Both the position numbers and the translations under genes were made by a program. A DNA stretch of 64,000 nt from Escherichia coli (lineage in GTDB: Bacteria > Pseudomonadota > Gammaproteobacteria > Enterobacterales > Enterobacteriaceae), in the NCBI RefSeq assembly GCF_016026235.1, contig NZ_CP065613.1. One strand, 5' to 3'. How positions within the stretch are numbered: position 1 is the first letter of the stretch; every line of letters starts with the position of its first letter. The notes under the pieces are model-generated. The model worked only from the letters and a program-made list of their open reading frames with translations, searched no databases and had not been told where the DNA came from. Below, in pieces: positions 1-11,123 of the stretch.

Positions 1-52
1 AAAACGCGCCCGGTGGGAGAATCGTCGTTATACATTTAACAAACTGCTCTGA
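1..52 (+). CDS. possible 3' end of an upstream gene running off the window edge (frame 2, ends TGA ~50-52)
   Basis: Open frame from the window edge to a stop; K-12 has lpxP upstream of ypdK/alaC but I cannot verify the C-terminal residues. Confidence 0.2.
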   Translation, partial: KRARWENRRYTFNKLL

Positions 53-394
53 CTCTTTACCTCCTCACATAAGCCATAATAACCTCATGGTTTTTATGGC
101 TTTTTTCTTAAGGTTTTTTCCTTCGCTGAATCTCTAATTATTACCGTCAGAAATTAAACTGTCGCCGATATGAGACACCTGTAAGTTACTAAAAGTAAAT
201 AAGAAAATGCCTCTTGTCTCGTTTCAGTTTTAGGCGTACATTAGCGCCGTCTCGAGCAGTTTAGCTCAGAATTCTGGGGTGATGCCCACGGTAAAATACA
301 GGACTTTTAAGGTCGTTTTGCCCGGTGTCAACTCACTGTATCAGGTGTAATGAAGTCATTCAGGCGTAACAGCAATTACGCGGAGAGATGTAAA

Positions 395-466
395 GTGAAA
401 TATTTCTTTATGGGCATTTCTTTTATGGTCATCGTTTGGGCCGGTACTTTTGCCCTGATGATCTAA
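395..466 (+). CDS. ypdK: small hydrophobic membrane protein, 23 aa (MKYFFMGISFMVIVWAGTFALMI), GTG start
   Basis: Short ORF with GGAGAG RBS 8 bp upstream; matches the K-12 small protein YpdK as I recall it; position between lpxP side and alaC. Confidence 0.5.
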   Translation: MKYFFMGISFMVIVWAGTFALMI

Positions 467-485
467 AAGCAAACTGTGCAATGAA

Positions 486-513
486 AAACAGGAGCCATCA
501 GGCTCCTGTTTGC
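486..513. terminator. bidirectional intrinsic terminator hairpin (aacaggagcc-atca-ggctcctgtt) between ypdK and convergent alaC
   Basis: Perfect 10-bp inverted repeat with 4-nt loop flanked by A/T runs. Confidence 0.6.
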
Positions 514-530
514 ATTTCTGACGACGGTGT

Positions 531-1769
531 TTATTCCGCGTTTTCGTGAATATGTTTGCTGCTGGCGGGTAGTAAACCGTCGGCACGGAACATCGCTTTA
601 ATCCCACGAATCGCCTGACGAATACGGTCGCGGTTTTCAATCAGTGCAAAGCGCACATGCGTATCACCATAGTCGCCAAAGCCAATCCCCGGAGAGACAC
701 AGACCTTCGCTTCGTTAAGCAATTTCTTGGCAAATTCCAGCGAGCCCATGGCAGCATACGGTTCCGGTATTTTCGCCCAGACATACATCGAAGCCTTCGG
801 CATTTCGACCATCCAGCCCGCTTCATGCAGCCCTTTAACCAGTACATCACGGCGGCGTTTGTACTGTTCAGCAATGTCGCGCACGCACTGTTGATCGCCC
901 TCCAGCGCCGCAATCGCCGCCACCTGCAACGGCGTAAAGGTGCCGTAATCGTGATAGCTTTTAATACGTGCCAGCGCACTGACCAGCGTTTTGTTGCCAA
1001 CCATAAAGCCGATACGCCAGCCCGCCATGTTGTAGCTTTTTGACAGCGTAAAAAACTCGACCGCCACATCGCGTGCACCCGGCACCTGCATGATTGACGG
1101 CGCTTTCCAGCCATCGTAGACGATATCGGCATAGGCCAGGTCATGGACCACCAGCACATCGTAGCGTTTCGCCAGCGCCACAACCTTTTCGAAGAACTCC
1201 AGTTCCACGCATTGCGCGGTTGGGTTCGACGGGAAGCCGAGGATCATCATCTTCGGTTTCGGATAACTTTCACGAATGGCGCGCTCTAGTTCGTTGAAGA
1301 AATCGACACCTTCCACCAGCGGCACTGAGCGTACCTGCGCCCCGGCAATCACCGCGCCATAAATATGAATGGGGTAGCTTGGATTCGGCACCAGCACCGT
1401 GTCACCATGATCCAGCGTCGCCAGCATCAGGTGTGCCAGCCCCTCTTTCGAACCAATGGTGACGATGGCTTCTGATTCCGGGTCGATTTCAACGTCGTAG
1501 CGATCCTGATACCAGCGGGAAATGGCGCGACGTAGCCGCGGAATGCCGCGTGAAGTGGAGTAACCATGCGTGTCCGGGCGCTGGGCCACAGTACATAATT
1601 TTTCGACGATATGCGGCGGAGTCGCACCGTCCGGGTTACCCATACTGAAATCGATAATATCTTCGCCGCGCCGACGCGCAGCCATTTTCAGTTCAGCGGT
1701 AATGTTAAAAACGTAGGGCGGGAGACGATCAATGCGCGTAAAGCGACGTTCAGGGCGAGTGTCAGCCAT
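531..1769 (-). CDS. alaC: glutamate-pyruvate aminotransferase, PLP-dependent class I aminotransferase
   Basis: 412-aa ORF with aminotransferase motifs ([12 protein letters not shown]); recognised as AlaC/YfdZ. Confidence 0.9.
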   Translation of the reverse strand: MADTRPERRFTRIDRLPPYVFNITAELKMAARRRGEDIIDFSMGNPDGATPPHIVEKLCTVAQRPDTHGYSTSRGIPRLRRAISRWYQDRYDVEIDPESEAIVTIGSKEGLAHLMLATLDHGDTVLVPNPSYPIHIYGAVIAGAQVRSVPLVEGVDFFNELERAIRESYPKPKMMILGFPSNPTAQCVELEFFEKVVALAKRYDVLVVHDLAYADIVYDGWKAPSIMQVPGARDVAVEFFTLSKSYNMAGWRIGFMVGNKTLVSALARIKSYHDYGTFTPLQVAAIAALEGDQQCVRDIAEQYKRRRDVLVKGLHEAGWMVEMPKASMYVWAKIPEPYAAMGSLEFAKKLLNEAKVCVSPGIGFGDYGDTHVRFALIENRDRIRQAIRGIKAMFRADGLLPASSKHIHENAE

Positions 1770-2145
1770 AATTTCCTCAGATTAACGTTAGCGCCCGGAC
1801 CGTCCGAGCGACGCTGCCACAATGGTGGCTGTTTTGAAAATAGCCTGATTAATTTCTGTCTGTCCAGCGTTTTAGAACATTTTTATCAATGGCTTTAAAT
1901 GAGGAACTCCACTTCAAAAACAGGAAATTTTTCTACGCTAACAAGAAAATTACCACCAATTTTATTAACATTATAATTTCAATAAATTTACCAGCCAGAA
2001 GTGCATTATCAAGAGATACATTGCTAATACACCATTTATCTATCAATCCCCTTTTAAAATTGTGGTTTTTCCTCAAAAACGGCCTGCTGGTCATCAGCCT
2101 TCAGGTTACCTATCATAGAGGTTTAATCCTTATTCAGAGTCACCC

Positions 2146-3843
2146 GTGCACGAAATATTCAACATGCTGCTGGCGGTCTTCGATCGGGCAGCGTTAATGC
2201 TTATCTGCCTGTTCTTTCTCATCCGTATCCGCCTGTTTCGCGAACTGTTGCACAAGTCGGCACACTCACCGAAAGAGTTGCTCGCCGTTACCGCCATTTT
2301 CTCGCTGTTCGCCCTGTTCAGCACCTGGTCCGGCGTTCCCGTAGAAGGCTCGCTGGTGAACGTACGTATTATCGCGGTGATGTCAGGCGGGATTCTGTTT
2401 GGCCCGTGGGTGGGCATCATTACCGGCGTGATTGCGGGTATTCACCGTTATTTAATTGATATCGGCGGCGTGACGGCGATCCCCTGCTTTATCACCAGCA
2501 TTCTGGCGGGTTGTATATCGGGCTGGATCAACCTGAAAATCCCCAAAGCACAGTGCTGGCGCGTCGGTATTCTCGGCGGCATGTTGTGTGAAACGTTGAC
2601 CATGATTCTGGTGATTGTCTGGGCACCAACTACCGAGTTGGGGATCGATATCGTCTCTAAAATCGGGATTCCAATGATCCTCGGCAGCGTCTGTATCGGC
2701 TTTATTGTGCTTCTGGTGCAAAGCGTTGAGGGCGAAAAAGAGGCCAGCGCCGCGCGGCAGGCCAAGTTGGCGCTGGATATCGCCAACAAAACGCTACCTC
2801 TGTTTCGCCATGTCAATAGCGAGTCATTACGCAAAGTTTGTGAAATTATTCGCGATGACATTCACGCCGATGCGGTGGCGATTACCAATACCGATCATGT
2901 GCTGGCCTATGTTGGCGTGGGTGAACATAACTATCAGAATGGCGATGACTTCATTAGCCCGACGACCCGTCAGGCGATGAATTACGGAAAAATCATCATT
3001 AAAAACAATGATGAAGCCCACCGCACACCAGAGATTCATTCCATGCTGGTGATCCCATTGTGGGAGAAAGGCGTTGTGACCGGAACGCTGAAAATTTACT
3101 ACTGCCACGCGCATCAGATAACCTCGTCATTACAGGAAATGGCGGTTGGTCTGTCGCAAATCATCTCCACGCAACTGGAGGTTTCACGCGCCGAGCAGCT
3201 ACGTGAAATGGCAAATAAGGCAGAGCTTCGCGCCCTGCAAAGCAAAATTAATCCCCATTTCCTGTTTAACGCTTTGAACGCTATTTCATCGTCAATCCGT
3301 CTGAATCCGGATACTGCTCGCCAGCTGATCTTTAATCTGTCGCGTTATCTGCGCTATAACATTGAATTAAAAGACGATGAGCAAATCGATATCAAAAAAG
3401 AGCTGTATCAAATTAAAGACTATATTGCCATTGAGCAGGCCCGCTTTGGCGACAAGCTGACGGTTATCTATGATATTGATGAAGAGGTGAATTGCTGCAT
3501 TCCCAGCCTGCTGATCCAGCCGTTGGTGGAGAATGCCATTGTCCACGGTATCCAGCCTTGCAAAGGTAAAGGCGTTGTCACCATCAGCGTTGCAGAGTGC
3601 GGCAATCGGGTACGCATTGCCGTGCGGGATACCGGGCACGGCATCGATCCAAAGGTGATTGAGCGGGTCGAAGCGAATGAAATGCCGGGCAATAAAATTG
3701 GCCTGCTGAATGTTCATCATCGCGTGAAGTTATTGTATGGCGAGGGGCTGCATATCCGCCGCCTGGAACCAGGAACGGAAATTGCGTTTTACATTCCTAA
3801 CCAACGCACCCCAGTCGCCTCACAGGCTACGTTATTGCTTTGA
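2146..3843 (+). CDS. ypdA: sensor histidine kinase, LytS-like (5TM membrane domain, GAF, HisKA/HATPase)
   Basis: 565-aa ORF; N-terminal multi-TM region, H-box ([10 protein letters not shown]) and ATPase motifs; operon with LytTR regulator. Confidence 0.85.
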   Translation: MHEIFNMLLAVFDRAALMLICLFFLIRIRLFRELLHKSAHSPKELLAVTAIFSLFALFSTWSGVPVEGSLVNVRIIAVMSGGILFGPWVGIITGVIAGIHRYLIDIGGVTAIPCFITSILAGCISGWINLKIPKAQCWRVGILGGMLCETLTMILVIVWAPTTELGIDIVSKIGIPMILGSVCIGFIVLLVQSVEGEKEASAARQAKLALDIANKTLPLFRHVNSESLRKVCEIIRDDIHADAVAITNTDHVLAYVGVGEHNYQNGDDFISPTTRQAMNYGKIIIKNNDEAHRTPEIHSMLVIPLWEKGVVTGTLKIYYCHAHQITSSLQEMAVGLSQIISTQLEVSRAEQLREMANKAELRALQSKINPHFLFNALNAISSSIRLNPDTARQLIFNLSRYLRYNIELKDDEQIDIKKELYQIKDYIAIEQARFGDKLTVIYDIDEEVNCCIPSLLIQPLVENAIVHGIQPCKGKGVVTISVAECGNRVRIAVRDTGHGIDPKVIERVEANEMPGNKIGLLNVHHRVKLLYGEGLHIRRLEPGTEIAFYIPNQRTPVASQATLLL

Positions 3844-3857
3844 GCCGGAGTGATATT

Positions 3858-4592
3858 GTGAAAGTCATCATTGTTGAAGACGAATTCCTGGCACAACAGG
3901 AACTGAGCTGGCTAATTAAAGAGCACAGCCAGATGGAGATTGTCGGCACCTTTGACGACGGTCTGGACGTGTTGAAGTTTTTGCAGCATAACCGCGTCGA
4001 CGCCATTTTTCTGGATATCAATATTCCGTCGCTGGATGGTGTGTTGCTGGCGCAAAACATCAGCCAGTTCGCCCATAAACCGTTTATTGTGTTCATCACC
4101 GCGTGGAAAGAACATGCGGTAGAAGCGTTTGAACTGGAGGCGTTTGACTACATTCTCAAACCGTATCAGGAGTCACGCATTACCGGGATGCTGCAAAAAC
4201 TGGAAGCGGCCTGGCAACAACAGCAGACCAGCAGCACGCCTGCCGCGACGGTAACGCGTGAGAATGACACCATTAATCTGGTGAAAGATGAGCGAATCAT
4301 CGTCACGCCAATTAACGATATCTATTACGCCGAAGCGCACGAGAAAATGACCTTTGTCTATACGCGGCGTGAATCCTACGTAATGCCGATGAACATTACC
4401 GAATTTTGCAGCAAACTGCCGCCGTCGCATTTTTTCCGCTGCCATCGCTCATTTTGTGTCAATCTGAACAAAATCCGCGAAATCGAACCGTGGTTTAATA
4501 ACACCTATATTCTGCGGCTGAAAGATCTGGATTTTGAAGTGCCGGTCAGCCGCAGCAAAGTTAAAGAATTCCGCCAGTTAATGCATCTTTAA
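3858..4592 (+). CDS. ypdB: LytTR-family response regulator
   Basis: GTG start with GGAG RBS; receiver domain (VIIVEDE, LDINIP) plus C-terminal LytTR domain. Confidence 0.85.
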   Translation: MKVIIVEDEFLAQQELSWLIKEHSQMEIVGTFDDGLDVLKFLQHNRVDAIFLDINIPSLDGVLLAQNISQFAHKPFIVFITAWKEHAVEAFELEAFDYILKPYQESRITGMLQKLEAAWQQQQTSSTPAATVTRENDTINLVKDERIIVTPINDIYYAEAHEKMTFVYTRRESYVMPMNITEFCSKLPPSHFFRCHRSFCVNLNKIREIEPWFNNTYILRLKDLDFEVPVSRSKVKEFRQLMHL

Positions 4593-4604
4593 TCGGGAAC
4601 TTTC

Positions 4605-5462
4605 ATGAAAGCACCAGGCTTGCCCGCCGATCAACAATTTTTCGCCGATCTGTTCAGCGGCCTGGTGCTTAACCCGCAACTACTGGGGCGCGTCTGGTTT
4701 GCCAGCCAGCCTGCCTCGTTGCCGGTGGGCAGTTTATGTATTGATTTTCCCCGTCTGGATATCGTGCTGCGCGGCGAATACGGCAATCTGCTGGAAGCAA
4801 AGCAGCAACGTTTGGTGGAAGGAGAAATGCTGTTTATTCCGGCGCGCGCGGCTAATTTACCGGTCAACAACAAACCGGTGATGCTGTTAAGCCTGGTGTT
4901 CGCTCCGACCTGGCTTGGGTTATCGTTTTACGATAGCCGTACCACGTCGTTGTTGCATCCTGCTCGCCAGATCCAGCTTCCCAGCCTGCAACGCGGTGAA
5001 GGTGAAGCGATGCTTACCGCCCTCACCCATCTTAGCCGTTCGCCGCTGGAGCAAAATATCATTCAGCCGCTGGTGTTAAGTTTGCTGCATCTTTGCCGTA
5101 ACGTGGTGAATATGCCGCCGGGCAATTCGCGGCCGCGCGGCGATTTTCTCTATCACAGCATTTGTAACTGGGTTCAGGATAATTATGCCCAGCCGCTCAC
5201 CCGCGAGAGCGTGGCGCAGTTTTTTAATATCACGCCCAATCATCTGTCAAAACTGTTTGCTCAGCATGGAACGATGCGTTTTATCGAGTATGTGCGTTGG
5301 GTGCGAATGGCGAAGGCGAGGATGATTTTGCAGAAATATCATCTGTCAATTCATGAAGTGGCACAGCGTTGCGGTTTTCCGGATAGCGACTATTTTTGTC
5401 GCGTTTTCCGGCGTCAGTTTGGTCTGACGCCGGGAGAGTACAGCGCCCGTTTTCAGGGCTAA
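4605..5462 (+). CDS. ypdC: AraC/XylS-family transcriptional regulator
   Basis: 285-aa ORF with C-terminal AraC HTH (FPDSDYFCRVFRRQFGLTPGEY). Confidence 0.8.
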   Translation: MKAPGLPADQQFFADLFSGLVLNPQLLGRVWFASQPASLPVGSLCIDFPRLDIVLRGEYGNLLEAKQQRLVEGEMLFIPARAANLPVNNKPVMLLSLVFAPTWLGLSFYDSRTTSLLHPARQIQLPSLQRGEGEAMLTALTHLSRSPLEQNIIQPLVLSLLHLCRNVVNMPPGNSRPRGDFLYHSICNWVQDNYAQPLTRESVAQFFNITPNHLSKLFAQHGTMRFIEYVRWVRMAKARMILQKYHLSIHEVAQRCGFPDSDYFCRVFRRQFGLTPGEYSARFQG

Positions 5463-5464
5463 CG

Positions 5465-7960
5465 TCAGAAGGTTAATTCTGTTTCCAGCAGCGTCAGGAT
5501 ACTTTGTGCATCTTGCGCGGCAAACAACGACTGGCGGAAGTTTTTATTCACCAGTTTACGCGCCAGCTGCGAGAAGACTTTCACATGATTCATCCCTTCG
5601 TTAGCACCCAGCGTCAGCATGATCACCAGTTCGACTTCGCCCATTTCTGACTGCCAGTCAACCGGTTTCGCCAGCCGGGCAATGCTGATACTGGAATGAC
5701 GGATCCACTGAGATTTGGTGTGCGGGATCGCCACGCCAAAACCAACGCCAGTGGTGACAATCTCTTCCCGCTGCCAGACATCCTCTTCCAGCTCGAACGG
5801 ATGTTCAGTGCGCCCGTTAACGCCGAGGTTACCGCACAGGAACTGGATCGCCTGCTCTTTATTGCTAAAGGCCTGATCAACGAAGATATTCTCCAGCGCC
5901 AGCAGCGGGCGAACGTCTTCTTCCGGCGTAAAGGCGGTGAGTAACGCTTCAATTTCCTGCGCGCTGCGACATTCACACGCCTGACGTGCCAGTTCCCGAC
6001 ACGCCTCGCTATCCAGTTGACGAAGCTGGCTTTTCACCGCCGGAATGCGCGGGCTACTCATACTCAGCTCATCCAGGCCCAACCCAAGCAGTAGCGGCAG
6101 ATAACGGCTTTCACCGCCCAGTTCACCGCAAATGCCTACCCATTTGCCCCGCTGATGCGCAGTGGTAACTATTTGCTGCAACATGCGCAGGAACGATGGC
6201 GTAATCGGGTTATATAGCGGCGATACGCGCGGGTTATTACGATCGACCGCATACAGATACTGGGTCATATCGTTGGAGCCGATACTGAAGAAATCGACCT
6301 CATCGCAGAAGTGATCGATGATGTAGCACACCGACGGCACTTCCACCATGATACCCAGCGTAATCGTCTCTGCATGACGCAGGCCATCGCGCTTAAGCTC
6401 AACGATCGCTTTTTGGATCTCGCCCTTCACCCATAAGATCTGATCGAGGCTGTGGACCATCGGGATCATCAACTGGGCGTTGCCGAAACTGGCGGCGCGC
6501 AAAATGGCCCGCAGTTGAGTGCGGAACAGGCCAGCAAATTCCGGGTAAATACGTACCGCGCGATAGCCGAGGAACGGGTTCTCTTCCTGGGGAATATTCA
6601 GATAAGGAATGCTTTTATCGCCGCCGATGTCCATTGTGCGGAAGATAATCGGCTTGTCGCCCGCTGCCAGTAGCACCTGCTGGTAGGCTTCAAATTGCTC
6701 CTGCTCGTCCGGCGCGCTGTCGCGATCCATATAGAGCATTTCGGTACGGAACAGCCCGACGCCTTCCGCGCCGTTGGCAAACGCGCCAGGCGCTTCCAGA
6801 GCGGTGCCAATATTCGCCGCGATATCAATACGCTTGTTATCACGGGAATAAGCCAGCTGCGCGGCAGCCTGCGCCTGTTGTTTTTGGCGTTTATCCGCCA
6901 GCGTCTGCGCGACCTGATAATAACCGCTCACCGCGTCATTCGGGTTAATCGCCAGCACGCCGCACTGGGCGTCAAGCACTGCAGGTTGCCCGGCATAACG
7001 GGCAATCGCATCCAGCGGCAGGCCGCTCAGTACCGGGATCGCCGAGGCGCGGGCCAGAATCAGGGTATGCGAGGTGCGCCCGGTTTTCTCCAGAATCATG
7101 CCCGCAAGATTTTTTAAATCCAGGCTTAAAAACTGGCTTGGGGTTAAATCCTCGGCCACCAGAATAGTCGGTTTTTCCAGCACCAGATTGTTGCGCGGCT
7201 TCAGTTCCGGCCAGGTAATATGCAGCAACTGTTCGCTAATATCGCGAATGTCGCTAACACGTTCGCGCAGATAATCGCTGGCAGAAGCAGAAAGTTTGGC
7301 GCAAACCTGCTCCATATTGCTGATGATCGCCGCCCCCAGCCCCTGATGCTGTTCTGTCATCAGGCGACGGATATTGCCTGCAAATTCATCATCCTGAATC
7401 AGCGACAAATGGGCGCTGAGGATAGTTTTGCTTTCGCCGTCACGCTCACGCAATTGCTGGTTCAGTTGCTCGGCAAGCGTTGCCAGACTGTGCTCCAGCC
7501 GGGTGGAATCTTGCGCACTGGCGGGGATTGCCCGATAACTGTCGAGGCTGTCGCTTTGTAACAGGGTCAGCGTACCCACGCCGACGCCGCTTGCCAGCAC
7601 ATTGCCGTACAGTAAATCCGGGTTAAGGCGGCTTAATGAACGCGGCAGCGGATGCGCCGTCAGTTCTGCCTGCGTAGGCTGAACGCTGTCGCTGTCGATA
7701 AAGCGCACCTGGATGTACTCTTCCAGCACGCGCCGCGCCTGCTCTTCATCGCTGCCGCTAATGTTCAGGCTGCAACTGTCATTAAATAGGGTGCCGGTGC
7801 CAATCAGCGCCAGCGAGCTTTTGGCATCGGCCTTTGCGTTCTGTCGATGGTTAATAAAAGTGATTTCGCTTTGCCACTGGCTGCACTGTTCTTTAAGTTC
7901 CCACGCCGGACGAGCATGTAGACCGTTAGGCAAAGGACAGAGAAATTGAATCGTTAACAT
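5465..7960 (-). CDS. fryA: PTS multiphosphoryl transfer protein (HPr-EI-IIA fusion), fructose-like PTS
   Basis: 831-aa ORF with PEP-utilising enzyme motifs (GGRTSHTLILAR, MVEVPS) homologous to PtsI plus HPr and IIA domains. Confidence 0.85.
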   Translation of the reverse strand: MLTIQFLCPLPNGLHARPAWELKEQCSQWQSEITFINHRQNAKADAKSSLALIGTGTLFNDSCSLNISGSDEEQARRVLEEYIQVRFIDSDSVQPTQAELTAHPLPRSLSRLNPDLLYGNVLASGVGVGTLTLLQSDSLDSYRAIPASAQDSTRLEHSLATLAEQLNQQLRERDGESKTILSAHLSLIQDDEFAGNIRRLMTEQHQGLGAAIISNMEQVCAKLSASASDYLRERVSDIRDISEQLLHITWPELKPRNNLVLEKPTILVAEDLTPSQFLSLDLKNLAGMILEKTGRTSHTLILARASAIPVLSGLPLDAIARYAGQPAVLDAQCGVLAINPNDAVSGYYQVAQTLADKRQKQQAQAAAQLAYSRDNKRIDIAANIGTALEAPGAFANGAEGVGLFRTEMLYMDRDSAPDEQEQFEAYQQVLLAAGDKPIIFRTMDIGGDKSIPYLNIPQEENPFLGYRAVRIYPEFAGLFRTQLRAILRAASFGNAQLMIPMVHSLDQILWVKGEIQKAIVELKRDGLRHAETITLGIMVEVPSVCYIIDHFCDEVDFFSIGSNDMTQYLYAVDRNNPRVSPLYNPITPSFLRMLQQIVTTAHQRGKWVGICGELGGESRYLPLLLGLGLDELSMSSPRIPAVKSQLRQLDSEACRELARQACECRSAQEIEALLTAFTPEEDVRPLLALENIFVDQAFSNKEQAIQFLCGNLGVNGRTEHPFELEEDVWQREEIVTTGVGFGVAIPHTKSQWIRHSSISIARLAKPVDWQSEMGEVELVIMLTLGANEGMNHVKVFSQLARKLVNKNFRQSLFAAQDAQSILTLLETELTF

Positions 7961-7984
7961 AACCGCTCCGGGTTAATCAGGAGA

Positions 7985-9022
7985 TCATCTGAAATCCGTC
8001 AGTTGAACAACCGTCTCACGCGTAAGACGTTGAATAAGGGCAGATAAAAGTTGCTCCATCTGCAAAATGTCGCGGCAATCGGCAATCGACGCGGCGCAAT
8101 GTCCGTGGCGGGTGGCAGGCCCCATCACCACTGTGGGTACGCCAGTACCGGTTAAGTGCACCGCTCCACCGTCCGTGCCGCCGTTACTGAACATATCTGC
8201 CTGCAACGGCACGCCAATTTCTGCCGCCACGGTTTCGATCCAGGCGGTGAGTTTTGGCGGCGCAATCAGTGACTTGTCGCTTAACACCAGCATCGGGCCG
8301 TTACCAATCTGGCGATGGTTAGCCGCGCCATAATCAAAGTTTTTCGCCCAGCAGGCGGTATCAAGGACAATGGCGACGTCCGGCGACACCGCGCGGGTGG
8401 CAGTTTGCCCGCCGCGTAATCCCACCTCTTCGCTGGAACTTGCCACCAGCCACACTTCCGCAGGCAGTTCGACGTCGTGCAGCTCACGTAGTAACGTCAC
8501 CAGCAGATAGCAACCGAGGCGGTCATCAAAGGCTTTCCCCATCACTCGCTGGTGGGGGAGAACCTGAAAAGTGGTATCGAACGTGACGCGATCGCCTGGA
8601 CGAATTCCCGCCTGCATCACTTCGTCATACGAGCGCGCGCCAATATCCACGCGCATGGCGCTGACATCATTCCCCTGCCGGTCGCCGTCAAGCAGGCCTG
8701 GAATTTTGCACTCTTCACGGGTGGTGATGCGCACCGGCTGCAGCTGGCGGGCAGCCATGCGTACATTGCCAACCGGCAGCACATCAATCGCCCCTTCGCG
8801 GGAGATACTGCGCACCATAAATCCAACTTCGTCCATATGCGCACAGATCATCACTTTCGGACCTGTCGATTCATTGAGGCGGATCAGCACCGATCCCAGC
8901 CCATCAAATCGCACTTCTTTTTGCAGGCGATCCGCTTCTTCCAGCAGGATCTGCCGCACTTCCTGTTCCGAGGAGGCGATCGCATCTGCCTCGCTCAACG
9001 CTTTTAATAGCGATAAATCCAT
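7985..9022 (-). CDS. ypdE: M42-family aminopeptidase
   Basis: 345-aa ORF, FrvX/M42 peptidase-like; K-12 synteny. Confidence 0.8.
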   Translation of the reverse strand: MDLSLLKALSEADAIASSEQEVRQILLEEADRLQKEVRFDGLGSVLIRLNESTGPKVMICAHMDEVGFMVRSISREGAIDVLPVGNVRMAARQLQPVRITTREECKIPGLLDGDRQGNDVSAMRVDIGARSYDEVMQAGIRPGDRVTFDTTFQVLPHQRVMGKAFDDRLGCYLLVTLLRELHDVELPAEVWLVASSSEEVGLRGGQTATRAVSPDVAIVLDTACWAKNFDYGAANHRQIGNGPMLVLSDKSLIAPPKLTAWIETVAAEIGVPLQADMFSNGGTDGGAVHLTGTGVPTVVMGPATRHGHCAASIADCRDILQMEQLLSALIQRLTRETVVQLTDFR

Positions 9023-10107
9023 TATGCCTCTCCCGTGAGCAACACTGTTTTCGGCATGGCGTAGAGCACTTCTGCGCCTTGCGGGGTGACCAGCACAACA
9101 TCCTCGATGCGCACGCCCCCTTGCCCTGGCAAATAAATCCCCGGCTCCACGGTCAGTAACATGCCTGGCTGTAGCGTCGTGGTATCCCGCGGTGAAAAGC
9201 GCGGATCTTCGTGTACTTCAATGCCAATAGCATGACCGGTGTTGTGACCAAAATAGTCGCCAAATCCTGCCTCGGTAATCACCCGACGCGCGGCTTCGTC
9301 AACCTGCTGGCAGCGCACACCGGGGCGAATTGCAGAGATTGCTGCGAGCTGTGCCTGCAAAACAATCTGATAGACGTTAAACAGCGGATGAGATTCGGCG
9401 CTCACCCCTTCGCCATTCACCAGCAAGGTGCGCGTCATATCAGAGCAGTAGCCCTGATACAGCGCACCGAAATCGAGAGTGACAAACTCGCCCGCTGCAA
9501 CAATCTTGTCGCTGGCTTTGCCGTGCGGCAGCGCCCCACGCCAGCCACTGGCAACAATGGTGTCAAAAGAGGTTTTTTCTGCGCCCTGCTGGCGCATAAA
9601 CCACTCCAGTTCAGCGGCTATCTCGCGCTCGCTCATCCCCGCCTGAATAAAGCGGCGAATATGCTCTGCACCGCGATCGGCAATCCCACAGGCAAGGCGG
9701 ATTTTCTCCACCTCCTCTGGCGTTTTGATTTGCCGCAGCACATCCGGCGTGGCGCTAACCAGTTTCGCATTGAGTTCAGACTGCCAGCGGTGCGCGGTTT
9801 CCCAACTCACCTGCTGGCCTTCAAAACCGAGCGTTTGCAACTGTTCATCGGCAATGATTTCATTGACGATGGTTGCAAGCGTGTGTGTCGCGTCAAGCAA
9901 ATGCAGCTGGTAACCTTGCGTACGAGCTTCTACATCCGCGTAATAGCGCGAGTCCACCAGAATGTGCGCACTTTCACGGCTAATCAGCACATAGCCTGAT
10001 CCGGTGGAGATCCCCAGATGCGGCTGTTTGTTCTGCCGTGAGGAGAGAAGCACTGCATCCAGTTGTTGCGCCTTAAGCCAGTCGCGCAGCGAAGCGAGTA
10101 ATGTCAT
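9022..10107 (-). CDS. ypdF: Xaa-Pro aminopeptidase (M24 family)
   Basis: 361-aa ORF with M24 metal-binding motifs ([13 protein letters not shown]). Confidence 0.85.
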   Translation of the reverse strand: MTLLASLRDWLKAQQLDAVLLSSRQNKQPHLGISTGSGYVLISRESAHILVDSRYYADVEARTQGYQLHLLDATHTLATIVNEIIADEQLQTLGFEGQQVSWETAHRWQSELNAKLVSATPDVLRQIKTPEEVEKIRLACGIADRGAEHIRRFIQAGMSEREIAAELEWFMRQQGAEKTSFDTIVASGWRGALPHGKASDKIVAAGEFVTLDFGALYQGYCSDMTRTLLVNGEGVSAESHPLFNVYQIVLQAQLAAISAIRPGVRCQQVDEAARRVITEAGFGDYFGHNTGHAIGIEVHEDPRFSPRDTTTLQPGMLLTVEPGIYLPGQGGVRIEDVVLVTPQGAEVLYAMPKTVLLTGEA

Positions 10108-10121
10108 CTGGATTTTCCTTC

Positions 10122-11123
10122 TTACAGGCTATCGATTAACAATTTGCCTTTGCGGAACATCATCAGACGCAGGAACACCACCATCAGCGCAGTTATGACT
10201 GCCCCCAGCGCGATCCCCGCCATATAGACGCCCAGGTTAGTGACCAGCGGCCATGCCCAGATAGCGGATTCCGGGAACCATTGCACTGCGCCCAGCCAGA
10301 CAGCGGCGGTTGAGCCGACAATCGCGCCGACCATATACGACGGAATGGCGGTGATGGGGCTTTCCAGCGCAAACGGAATCGCACCCTCACTAATCCCCAT
10401 AAAGGCAAGGAACATCGCGGTCTTACCCTGCGGATAAAGCTGAGCATTGAACAGGCGTTTGCCGGTTAAACGACGGTCGATAATGGTCGCCAGACCCAGA
10501 CCAATCGGCGGAATAACGATAGCGATAGAACGTGCGGTGACCGGTAATACGTGGTCAGTGGTAAAGCTGAAGGCAACAAAACCTGCGGCTTTGTTGATCG
10601 GGCCACCAAGGTCGATTGCTGTCGCCGCGGCGATCCCCATTGCGTACATCAGCGCGCCCTTCTCACCTGCAGCAGTCAGTACGGTACGGATACCGCCGTT
10701 GATCCAGCCGCCAAACGGGGTGATGACGTAGTACATCGCCAGCATGACAAAAATGGCGGAAAGAATCGGTAGCAAAAATGTGGTTTTGAACGCTAACAGG
10801 AAATCCGGTAACTGGATTTTCTGGTTCATCCATTTCACAAGGTAACCGGCAACGATAGAAATAATCAGCGCACCAATGAAGGTGGACGGCACCGGCGAAG
10901 AGGTCGCCCATTGCATAGTGCTGGGATCGAAGTTCAGCAGTTGCGTCGGCTGGGTAGACATCAAGCCGCCGATAAAACCAGCCGGGAACGCCAGTTTGCC
11001 ACCGATAGAGTTCGCCACAAAAGCAGCAAACATCGGAATGGCAAAACCAAACAACACGCCGCCGAAGGACTGCGACAGCCAGGCAAATTTCAGTAAGGAG
11101 AGGTCGAAACCGGAGAATTTCCC
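10122..11123 (-). pseudogene. fryC: PTS fructose-like EIIC, C-terminal portion (codons 83-415) cut off by IS insertion
   Basis: Frame continues from the IS junction through GKFSGFDLSLLKFAW... into the 311-aa ORF; joins in frame with the N-terminal fragment at 12416-12673 once IS and one TSD copy are removed. Confidence 0.85.
11112..11123. repeat. 12-bp target-site duplication GGAGAATTTCCC (low-coordinate copy)
   Basis: Identical 12-mer directly flanks both ends of the IS at 11124-12415. Confidence 0.85.

Noticed and set aside
641-1183. 180-aa Arg/Trp/Cys-rich ORF on the minus strand
   Set aside because: It lies entirely within alaC in another frame; its composition is typical of an out-of-frame shadow ORF.
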